A DNA stretch of 61,558 nucleotides, filler included, from Choristocarpus tenellus KU-1152 (taxonomy: Eukaryota > Protista > Phaeophyceae), in the NCBI GenBank assembly GCA_964200185.2. It is 11 parts of 11 records of this genome, joined end to end, with 100 filler letters (N's around TTAATTAATTAA, not from the genome) between each part and the next. Parts side by side here need not be neighbours in the genome. Positions count along the whole stretch, not along the records: positions 23,973 to 29,558 come from CAXNAD020010340.1; positions 29,659 to 33,011 come from CAXNAD020020600.1; positions 33,112 to 35,708 come from CAXNAD020026413.1; positions 35,809 to 44,065 come from CAXNAD020004927.1; 7 more parts are not named here. One strand, written 5' to 3'. Below, piece after piece: positions 26,688-37,260 of the stretch. Each line of letters begins with the position of its first letter. The first letter of the stretch is position 1. Made by a program: the position numbers and the translations under genes. The notes under the pieces are model-generated. The model made no database searches and was not told where the DNA came from. It was given only the letters and a program-made list of their open reading frames with translations.

Positions 26688-26861
26688 GACCCAAAGTATC
26701 TGGGAGGGGGGGGGGGATCTACACCAGGGTGTCCATTTGGCCCAAAATCAGGAGAAGGGCCTTTACAGGTCCCACCCGACGATTGCAACCAAATAACCCA
26801 AAAATCGCGACAAATTGACCCCAAATGGACAGCCGCCACCCCCTCCCAGGTACTTTGAGTC
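26688..26861. mobile_element. MITE type B, complete
   Basis: GACCCAAAGTATCTGGGAGG ... CCCAGGTACTTTGAGTC; flanks AGAA/TGAA. Confidence 0.85.
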
Positions 26862-27494
26862 TGAAGGAAAGGTACATCGTGTGTGTGTACCTGAGTAACC
26901 TGTGAAGAATGTGCAGACAGCCTTACTCTGTGCGCAGGGTCATATCAATGGCCTGTACTCCAGACCAGAACTTCAGGATCTTCCTCTAATGAGAGGACGA
27001 CATCAAGGTTATGCATGGGGGTGCTCACAGCACTACTGTTGTGTGTTCCACGTGTCCCGAGTTTATCTAGAGCAAGTTCTACTTTTTGTGTAGTCACTCT
27101 CGTTGTCAGTTGGTACTCTCACTGTATATTCTCATTCTCCAGCATTGGAATCCCCGCTTTCAGGTGCAGAAGTAACCAGCAGTTCAACCACTCACTACTC
27201 AAGCACAGGCTTGTGCTTTCAGCTTCCCAGAAGTACGGAAGGTGGCTAAGGGAACACAAGATGTGATTTGTTCTGTCACTCATAGGTACCCCTGTCATGA
27301 ACGTGTGACACAAGGAGAGGGAGGAGGGTCGGGCTGAATACCTCGAGAAGGTGACAAAAGAAGGGTGAGAGAGGTCGGAGATTTCCAGCCTTCGGGAGCA
27401 GCAAACAATAGAATCGAGAGATGGAAAGGGGAGGAGGGAGATTTTTTTTATGGATGAGTGGGCCACTGTATCCTACTGGATTTGGTTATAACTA

Positions 27495-27810
27495 GGGGAG
27501 AGTCTTTCTATGACAGTACCCTATCTCTATGCGATTGTAAGACAATATATATTTGTGTCTCTGTATTTATTTGTCCTCATAGTTCTGAAGGGGGAGAGTC
27601 TCTCTATGACAGCACCCTATCTCTATGCGATTGTAAGACAATAAATTTTTGTGTCCGTGTTTACTTGCCTTCATAGTTATGAAGGAATGAGAGTCTTGCT
27701 ATGACAGTTCCCCATTTCTATTTTATTGTGAGACTTCATTGTGTCTACATACTTGATTGTATTCATAGTTCAGAAGGGAGGAGAGTTTTTCTATGTTAGT
27801 ACCTCATTTC
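27495..27810. repeat. Tandem repeat, ~96-bp unit, about 3.3 copies diverging left to right
   Basis: GGGGAGAGTCT(T/C)TCTATGACAG(T/C)ACCCTATCTCTATGCGATTGTAAGAC at 27495 and 27591; weaker copies at ~27686 and ~27777. Confidence 0.85.
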
Positions 27811-28272
27811 GATATGAGTGAGAGATTTCGGTGCAGGAGGTTTCCTCTTGGGCGCCAAATCAAATGCAGAGTGAGTGGCGTGAGATACAAGTGTCACACT
27901 TGCAAATCTGTTTCAGGGCAAACTTTGCAAGGGGGTTTCCCCTCCAGGTGTCTTCCTCAGCTGGATCTCCAACGCTGTCTAGTGGCATTTTAGGACCTGG
28001 AAACGACACCTAATTAATTTCTGCTATGTTCCTGATAGGATAAGGAGATAGATTGATTGCTTGTCCAATTGCCTGGTCTTTGCATTGGAGGAGCTATGCT
28101 TCATGCTGGGGGGCATGTCACAGGCGATGGATCTTAATGCCGTTTATGAACCGCCATTACGAGCTTGATGTCCTCAATTTTTTTATCTTGTGCTTCTAGC
28201 CTAATTATTTATCACTTAGTCATTGTGAGACCATTCCTGGTCCATATCATGTGTGCCTCAGTCCTTTTTTAT

Positions 28273-28553
28273 ACCTCAGTCAAAATCATAAAGTGAGCCA
28301 GAATAAACGAGAGGTATCCGAATTCTAAGGGTTCTGACAAATGAAACAGTGAATTTTTTAACCCACTTCGAAATTTCCTAGAAATATGATTTTTACGAGA
28401 CGGAACTGAAATGGAATTTTTCATTAACACTATAGTTTGTCGTTGGAGCAACCTTATTGGAATAAGGTCTTATCTCGCGCAGCGGCTTGTGTGTATGCAC
28501 TATCTGTTGACATTTAACACGTGTTGTAACCCTCTGACTCAGGTGACTGAGGT
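28273..28553. mobile_element. Candidate MITE (10-bp TIR ACCTCAGTCA)
   Basis: ACCTCAGTCA at 28273 and TGACTGAGGT ending at 28553, with TAT on both flanks; single copy in this window. Confidence 0.4.
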
Positions 28554-29261
28554 TATTCAGTAACGACGATGGCCTGTTGTTGTTTCTTCATAAATATTTT
28601 TTTATTGATTTTTCTGATGTTTAAAAAAATAAATATGTCAGGGATCTCCTGATCTCCTTTTTCAGGATCTCCCGACACTGATTTGGATAATGTGCATAGT
28701 CATACGCATTTGTGTGTGCTACCTTTTGTCATTGAGACCAGTTCATGTGATGTGTTGCGTGTTAGATGCACGACCGGCTTGCGGTACCCCCGACATGAAT
28801 GGTGGATTCAAAGCAGCAAAGCCTGGTATTGCGTTTTCTGTTTTTTAGTTGTCTCAAAGAATCACAGTGAAGATTGATAAACATGGCACTATGAGGCTAT
28901 CAACATACGCCCAGCATGCCTCAGTCTCATCTCTCACTCCCTTTCTGAACCTCATCTCTGGTGGTTCGCATCACCCTCCATCAAACAGATATTTTTATTT
29001 GGCGCTATAGTGAAATCAGTGACTTCACCTTCTGGGGTTGTCCCGTTGTAGCTTTTGATGTAGACATCGGATTAAAACAATAAAAGCATATTCATGATGC
29101 CCGTCACAAGGCCCTCGGGAGTACGGGCTTTGTTTTTTCGGCCTTTTTTTTGGAAGAAAGACCGCTCATATTGGGGTTCGATCCCTCGATTGTAGGTCAC
29201 CAAGAGTGGTAATAGATACACTATTACTTGATTAAAGTGTAAGGTTTAGGCGGGAAAAAAG

Positions 29262-29558
29262 CTACCCTACCCTTTCTTTCTGTGCGTTTGCGCACCCTCT
29301 CTTTTTGACCTCGACAAGGATGTTCTCATCGACGCCCAGAACGAAAAGCCTCTCATAGTGCCCTTGCTCCGACAGCTTGATGTGACCCTTAGTTAGGAAG
29401 TCTCTCTCCCATTTACTTACAGTTTCCGACCTGATCATCGCATATCCTGCTGACATCTCGAGCGCCGTTTGACGATCTTTCCTGTTATTCATACACAGGC
29501 ACAGCAATGGTATAGCTGCTGCTGTAGCTGAGGCGCGAAAGTGCACCCACTACGAGGG
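29262..29558 (-). pseudogene. Possible DDE-transposase N-terminal fragment at contig end
   Basis: ETVSKWERDFLTKGHIKLSEQGHYERLFVLGVDENIL resembles the T(I/V)xxWxxxFxxxGxxxxSxxGxH pattern I recall from IS630/Tc1-related eukaryotic transposases; recognised by eye only. Confidence 0.3.
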
Positions 29559-30149
29559 NNNNNNNNNNNNNNNNNNNNNNNNNNNNNNNNNNNNNNNNNN
29601 NNTTAATTAATTAANNNNNNNNNNNNNNNNNNNNNNNNNNNNNNNNNNNNNNNNNNNNCCCCCCCAAGATACTTTGATCCTGATGTAATGGGAGAAAAAA
29701 TAAGTGCAAAAATCCGTCTTAATCACGACCACATGGATGTATATCGATATATCTTGTTGGATGCGTTTGCTATGTTCCTAAAGCTCTACACCATTTTGGT
29801 TCAGGAAGATAGCCGACACATTTGACTCAAGAATAGACTGTTACTACTGCTGTAGGTTGCACTATTGTACCTAAGGACAGGTTAATACAGTAACATATTG
29901 AGAGGCATGTAGTACTGCACCAAACATGGCACTGACTCACAACACCTGTAAACAACCAACGTATTGCCTCCATGAGTGAAGGGGGTTGAGCATATTCAAC
30001 AGGGGCAGCTGTTGGGATATCATAACCAGAGCAACAGGTGCGTGGAAACGAGTCTGGGAGGTACAAGTAGGTACAGGTGTGTGTACAGCAGGAGTGCTGA
30101 AATGAGGTTGATAGGTACAGTTGTGTAGGCTGTTGAGGGGAAGACTCAC

Positions 30150-31424
30150 CATAAACAAGACAGGGTAAGCAAGGACGAACACCAATGGCAAGGCTGTCAG
30201 GAAGTTCCCAAAATCATATTTCCATTTCATATCTTCGTCAGCTGGACACCTCCGTCCTACACGAATCCCGTTGTGCCGCAGTGTCACCATAAAGGCAAGG
30301 AGGCTTGCAATGGCTGAGGCCAAGGGGATCCAGCCAGGTTCTAACCACTGGAAGATGAAGGAACTTGCAGCAGTGAGGAGTTCACCCCCTGACAGGATGG
30401 CAAGCGCAGAGGCATATGATGGCTTTGGGGACCCATTTTTCTCGTTCCACCCTGTTACCACGCGTAGGAATGTACCTATCATCTCACGCAGATTAGAGCG
30501 CATTTCCACACACTCATCAGGTATTTCTTCATCCCTTGCAGCGAATGTAATAATTGGCTTGCCATCTGTGGCTGCCAGTTGAATCACCTGGTGGTATCGA
30601 TTGGGGGACATGGACATGCTCATGTGTGTCTATTTCAAGTGTACTACTTGGGGTCTGATATCTGGGGGCAGTATGGGATGGTGGTGCGTACTCTGTCAAT
30701 ATTGACACAGGCACGCAAGCAATTACACTCTCATTATCATACGATACGCTTAATTGCACCATATCCACAGGATATCACCCATACTCTTGAAACTAGTAAG
30801 GGATATGTACGTTTGTTTTGTGCGCTTCATGTACTTCAGCTAACATCACAAGGCCCAGTCTCACAGTGGGAAGGGCAGGATCACAATGCATTAACCGTGA
30901 TGCACCAGATACAGTAACCTATATAATATCCACCGGAGATTGGATTCAGCCTATGGAGACCATGCTGACCGAGTCTGTTCTTTGAGGTAGCCTAGTAGTA
31001 CCCTATGGAGGCACCCTTGCTTACGAGGTCACTCTAAGGTTTGGTTTGGTGCAGCAGTTCTTGAGAGCAGGAACTCCAACAGCACTCAGCTTTTCTCAAG
31101 CCGCCATTCAATCACAACGTTCATCATCTTACTCTGGTGGTGCGTGTGGGGCTCAATTGAGTCTCTTGTTGAAACTGCATACCACACATAAGGAGGTTGA
31201 GGCTGCAACTATTCCCAACGATTGGGACGAGCGATTCTTGACAAGGGTTGCACCAGTCAACTCCAGACTTGGATACCAGCTTCCTTCACCACAAAGAACA
31301 ATATGCAACTCTCAGATAAATCGACGCGATGTGCGTAGAGTTTGTAGTTCCTACAACTGCTACTAAATCTCGTGGTCACAGCTTAAAGAAGTGGCACATA
31401 AAGTTGCCCCGGGTTTGACTACCA

Positions 31425-31472
<48 letters not shown>

Positions 31473-32316
31473 CTCCAAGCGTTACGAGGGTTGTAAAATG
31501 GTTTCTGGTGTGCAAAGAACCTACAATCCAATGTTGGGTTCGATTGGCTAATAATGTCGCTGTGGTTGTAATTCACGGCATAGCTTAGTGAGTGTAGTGG
31601 TGTTTGGGTGATGACTTGAAAGACTCCGGGTTTGAAATTCCTCGTTCGCGGGGCGAAAAAACTAATGGGTGTACATCTTTACATGTCAAGGCTGACTGTT
31701 CCTGGGCGCTTGAAGTTGCCAACAATGTCTAGCATACATGATATTGCCTAGTCGGCGGCAGCTGTGCTTTGTACACGTTCTTGCTCAAGTTCAAGGAATA
31801 GTTCCCCTCTGTGTTGGGTAATTACCATAAAACTCTTTTGGAAAAATGATGAGAATTTCCCCAAGGCGATGCATTGAAACAAATACTGTTAGGCACAAGA
31901 TAGTCACACACCTTTTCCCATCCGGCATGAGTAGATAACAAGCCTCTAGTCTTCACCACCACACGCACAAGCAGCATCTCTGGCGTGAGGTCCAGTAGTG
32001 TCCCTACTATCAATAAACCCATCCCAAAGTACGTCCAGCAGAGCCGACTTTCATGACAGGCGTGAGAGACAGGGGAAGGTCCGATTAGAAGAATACGGTA
32101 TTTGGTGTCGTCTTGACTGGGATTCAACCCAAAAGTGGCAACAAAATTTCCAAACCTTTCGGAGCGCTCTTCCTCATTCAATGGTTGCACCTCCAAGAGT
32201 GGCCATACAGTCACCAGCAACATCACATCTGTGACAACGTCAAGAAAGGGTAAATGCTCGCAAACCAATAGCCCTATGCCATGAAAGTCAGACATCTTCA
32301 ATATCGTTTCTGTCAC
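30150..32316 (-). CDS. Unidentified multi-pass membrane protein exons (partial, possibly decayed)
   Basis: Exon ~30150-30587 (VIQLAATDG...LAYPVLFM, then GTGAGT) has three hydrophobic helices; ORF 31822-32316 contains LPFLDVVTDVMLLVTVW and further hydrophobic segments. Full chain not resolved. Confidence 0.45.
31577..31660 (+). mobile_element. Degenerate tRNA-like or SINE head
   Basis: A-box-like TAGCTTAGTGAG and B-box-like GGTTTGAAATTCC at tRNA-like spacing; no complete cloverleaf. Confidence 0.3.
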
Positions 32317-32772
32317 AATAGCGGTGTCGGGGTTTTGCCACCACGCTTGGACGACTCAATCACAAGTTTGATAAGGTTATGTTGATCGACTTCCAGAGGT
32401 TGGGTGTTGTAGCCAATTGTCGGCGAGAATGGAACGGGACTTAGAAATTACGATTCAAAATATGCTGGGTGCCCTCAACAAGGAGATGTGGTATCGAGTA
32501 GAGTATATTTGGAGAGGGGGCGATGGGTGATGGTAAATGTGTGCACATGACCAAACAAACATAAGGGTTGTTACCAGTTCCCGAAGAGAACTCAACCAAG
32601 AGAAACGTGCTGATGCACACACAAGATTCAACGAAAAATACTTGAAATGTACAACCAATGTGTGGTTTGTTCCAGAACCGCTACTCGCACTTCTACTATT
32701 ATAGTATTTCATTTATGAGGAAGGAAACATAACTTCTTTAGTGTCTCGGAATCATTTCTTTCTTCTATCCAT

Positions 32773-32874
32773 CCAGCCTGCCAAGTTCGTGTGCATTGCA
32801 CACGTGAGTTCGAATCTCACCAGTATCGTCAATGTGAATAGTGTGATTCTGTGGCGCCGTGGTTCACTCAGGCA
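32773..32874 (+). tRNA. tRNA-Ser-like sequence in permuted order (3' half 32773-32828, 16-nt spacer, 5' half from 32845); degenerate, probably non-functional as written
   Basis: Anticodon loop CT-GCC-AA, long variable arm GTGTGC-ATT-GCACAC, perfect T-arm GTGAG-TTCGAAT-CTCAC, acceptor 3' strand CAGTATC plus discriminator G. Downstream GATTCTG pairs 6/7 with that strand and is followed by A-box-like TGGCGCCGTGG. Confidence 0.5.
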
Positions 32875-33575
32875 AGGGTGGTAAAGAGAATCACCGGGCA
32901 AGACGGGACCACACGAACAAGGACGAACCGTGACCGATGGTACGAGGTCAAGGTTGGACAAGTGCAAACTTAGGAGCGATGAGCACCATCAAAGGTGGGG
33001 CTTCATCACCANNNNNNNNNNNNNNNNNNNNNNNNNNNNNNNNNNNNNNNNNNNNTTAATTAATTAANNNNNNNNNNNNNNNNNNNNNNNNNNNNNNNNN
33101 NNNNNNNNNNNGCTTCCACAGCAAGGGGGTGGCTTTTGTTGCCTACATCTCCCCCCGTGTTGCCCCCTCACCAGGCGGCCAACAATGATGCGCTGGAGCT
33201 TCATGCCAATGACGCTTCAGCTACCGGCGCCAAGCTTTGCCAACGATGGGCTGAACCCACCCCGGTCAACGAACAGAATGACTGCTGCAAGCGCTTAGCC
33301 TGTATGGAGAAGTTTGCGACAGATGGTGAGTCCTTCCTTGCATGCACATTGGCCAAAGAGCAGGACATAATCCGAGCGTGTGACAACCGCCACGATCGCA
33401 AGCACTTCGTTGGCGACCGTATACCTGTGATTAAGTTAGGACCTCGATGTGTAGCGGTGCCCTCCACAAGCACCGAAATAGTTTTGGACAAAAATATATC
33501 CCATTCAAAAAGGGGCCCTTAAAACGTGCCGCAACATTTACAAAAAAAAACATATCAGCACTTTTTCCGCACCAT

Positions 33576-35708
33576 TTTCGGTCAAACTCATCCTCAATAG
33601 TACACTCCATCCTCAATTTATAAAATCCCCCATTCCCTGGTGAATTAGCAACATTTTGTCGCGTGTTCATAATTTATGGTGTATTGTGCAAACGCTAAAA
33701 GGTTGCCCACCAAAATATCGATCAAAACGGGCCAGCCTACACTTATCTACGATTCCGTCCCGGAAGCCCTCCAAAATTCCATTCCAACTCAGTATTTTGG
33801 CGCATCCATGAGAGCATTCTGGTGGAGCTTGCTTGCTTTCTCATCAGTCTTTTCCTTGCTAAGATGGGGAACTTTGAAGATGTTCTCACCCTTGGGCCCC
33901 AGCACTTCACTGTAGACTGCAAAGAGGCTCTACCAGACGCGCTCTAGTATCTCCCAGGGATATACATCGAACACCTCCATTGTGACCTCCATCAGCTCCT
34001 CTGTGTTGGTCACCCCATATCTTCCTTCAGTTGCTGGATGGGATCAAAGAATCCCAGGTCGTTGATGTTGAGGTCAGGTGAGTTGGCTGGCTGGGTCTCT
34101 GTGATATTGTCGTCCCCTGCCGTCACCTCAATTGCCTCCATGATCCCCCTCTTGGTGTGTGTCTTTGCTCTGTCCCGCTGCACGAAGATGATGTGTCCTT
34201 CCGGCTTAGGCATGGGGGCCTTGATTGCCCTGATGACATCCTCGATAATGAGCCCATTTTACCTTTCCCTGCCCACCGTGGCTGGCACAAATACCCTGAT
34301 GCCCTTGGGGCAGTGTTTTCTGGAGTGCTGGGCAACCTTAGTGTCCACGATTGGCCAGATCCCGATTTCTCCCTATTGGAGAACCACCTAGGGCGGGCAC
34401 AGCTGCAAGGGACATCACCTTCGTAATGTAATGCTTTTTCTTTGCCGGTGGGGGTTTGAGGGGTCCTCATTGGGGTGCAGGTACACATTTTGCCCATCTT
34501 TGAGGATGTAAAATCACTTCTCATCCACATGCACCCTCCTGTGCTTGTGGGTGATGACGAAACCCACCCTGTTGACTATCTGCTGGTCTGAGAGGACTGG
34601 CTTAATCCACCGCTTGATCTTCTTCAACTTCTCGTGCTTGCACAGAACCCACAACGAGGCAAGGAAGACCCTAGCTTTGAACACCTATTTGTAGAAAGAT
34701 GTGCGGTGTCCCCATGGGACATCCCAAACGCCAAGGATACTAGTACGACGACCAAATCGCCCCTTGCAACGCCGTGCAATCTGGCAGGATCCATGAATTG
34801 ACCCCGCGCGATCTGGCAGCCATGTTCCTTCAGATGACGGAACACGGTGACTCGGGAAATTCGAAGTCCTCTACGATGGCCGCCGCCGTCCCTCATTGTG
34901 TCCAAGTCACCCTATCGCCTCTAAGCATCATGCTACCACACTGTTCTTCATCGGGGTGTTCAAGTCTGGACCCCGGAAAAACTTATGTGCCGAAGAATTG
35001 CCACCAACGGTTGAGGATGAGATGAACGAACCGCTCGAACAACGAGGGATCTTCGTCCTAGACATCCCAATGAACACCCACTTTGGCAGTTACACGAGAT
35101 TATTAAACCCTGTCAAATGCGACTTGGTCGAATTTCTACTGTTGATCCTCTACAGTAATGACAGCCCACCATCTCGAACTTTGCGCGCCTCCTAATCTAT
35201 ATGAGAAATAAGCCTTGTTCCCAGGCAAAAACGAACCTTCCAAAAGTTCTGTTACATTTGATCCCGAACTGAAGAAGTGCCTGTATTGAAACTGCCAAAG
35301 AGGAGCAATATTGATTGCAAGATATTTATTTCCATTTCTAGTCAGTTACACCTATTTTGTAACGACCTACATATGATATTTCTCCGTTTCTACTCTGTTG
35401 TGTCTGCTTTGTATCGAAATACCACAAATCCATATATTTCCGTTTCTCCTCTATGTTACTATCATACCTGTTACGTACCACTAAACACGAACATTATAGC
35501 GAGATTTTTCCACTTCTTCTTCTAGTCTGTCTCATACATTCTGTAACTGTCGAAGAGGATGTTACATACATTCAGATAAATATACAATATATGTGAGTCC
35601 ACTTTGTTCTAACCGTTTTGTAAGAGCTACAGAAGAAGAGGTACAGTAAACAGTGGATTTTCAAAATTGAGGAAGGAGCGGGACTATGAGGATGGTTGTT
35701 TTGCGAAA
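33576..35708 (-). mobile_element. Decayed Tc1/mariner transposon copy 2 with both TIRs (right TIR runs into the spacer)
   Basis: VHVDEK*F (W codon mutated to TGA) and FVQRD...QPANSPDLNINDLGFF. CATCCTCAATAGTACACTCCATCCTCAATTTATAAAATC (33589-33627) is the imperfect reverse complement of 35656-35693. Confidence 0.88.
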
Positions 35709-35808
35709 NNNNNNNNNNNNNNNNNNNNNNNNNNNNNNNNNNNNNNNNNNNNTTAATTAATTAANNNNNNNNNNNNNNNNNNNNNNNNNNNNNNNNNNNN
35801 NNNNNNNN

Positions 35809-37229
35809 CCCGCCCCCCTCGCCGGTGTCTCCTGCACTTCATCCACAGTCGATGACATCGACATGCGCCCCCGACCCTTCCTTTTGCCCGCCGCAGAGAG
35901 CGGTGCAGTTACACCAGAACGCCTGCCTGTCCCTTTCCCCTTCTTCTTAGTATCTTCCGGATTTTTATCTTTGCTCTTCCCAGCATCCTCACCCTTTACC
36001 TTTGGAGATCGGTCCATCGATATCGGGGACTGGTCCTTCAAACTGGGGGATCGGTCCTTTGACCTGGGAGATCGGTCCTTTGACCTGGGAGACCGGTCCT
36101 TTGACCTGGGAGACTGGTCCTTTGATTTCGGAGACTGGTCCTTTGACCTGGGAGATCGGTCCTTTGACCTCGGAGACCGGTCCTTTGACCTTGGGAACCG
36201 GTCCTTTGACCTCGGGGACCGGTCATTTGACCTCGGGGACCGATCGTTTGACCTCAAGGATCGGTTCGGGCTCGATCCCACCCTTGGACTCAGTCTTGGA
36301 CTTGACAACCTACTCCTCGTGGGAGTCGGTCCTGGACTTAACCCTAGTGTAGGGGTGACAGTGGTTTGGGGCACCATCTGTGACTCTGCTCCTGCTCCTA
36401 CTCCTTCCCTGTCCCCAACATTAGATAGAACCTTGGAAATAGATTTTAAAGACTTTTCTCTGGGATATTTTGTGCTTGTAAGGCTGGGGTTGGACAGGGT
36501 GGTGCTGTCACGGTCTCTCCTGCCAACAGAAGGCTTGGAGTTTGAAAGGTTACCTGAAGGTGACAATACCATTTCAGTAGACTTCCCTTGAGATGTCTTG
36601 GAAAGTGACCCGACTCTTTGACCAGACTTTCTCCTACTTGGAGATTTGGTGATGGAGGGTGTTGTCACCATTGGTGGTGATGGTCCCGGCAAGGGAGTTG
36701 CAGATGTTCCATTTCCCTGGAAAAGGTGCAGAAAGAGAGATGGGGAGGGGGGGTTGGAGTGTAAAGTGACAAGAGTTCGGCCAAATGGCATACAGGGATA
36801 AGCGAGTATTAAACTAGTCCCCTGATGAACATCACCAACACACTCAGAAGCAATGTTAGCATCTCCCTCACACTACTCCAGGAGATAGATGCCAATGACT
36901 ACGTACATTGCAAATTTAATAGGATTCAATCGTATATACATGTATACTTCGAGCTATATATATATATATATATATATATGCTGCAACAACTATTATTTCT
37001 AAGCTTCCTTTTCGCTTTCGCTATGTTGCACAGCACACTGTTCCCCCTCATCCTCATTTATTTGCCCACACTGTACAGCATAAAATAAAAAAATAGATGT
37101 ACATTGTCATCGGTACCTGGACACAAACAAGCTCAGAGTCAGTGAGTAGTACATACAACAAAACAGCAAATACGACTGAGAATATCCTTTGGAGGACTCC
37201 CACAAAAAAAACAAAAAACACACACACAC

Positions 37230-37260
<31 letters not shown>

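Noticed and set aside
29170-29205. tRNA gene at GGGGTTCGATCCC
   Set aside because: Isolated B-box/T-arm with no acceptor, D or anticodon arms found.
35035-35650. Second cargo ORF (for example Fanzor/TnpB) inside the mariner element
   Set aside because: No long ORF and no RuvC or zinc-finger motifs seen.
35863-36591. Plus-strand ORF with DLGDRSF repeats
   Set aside because: Antisense shadow of the 21-bp coding repeat; splice signals and exon phases support the minus strand.
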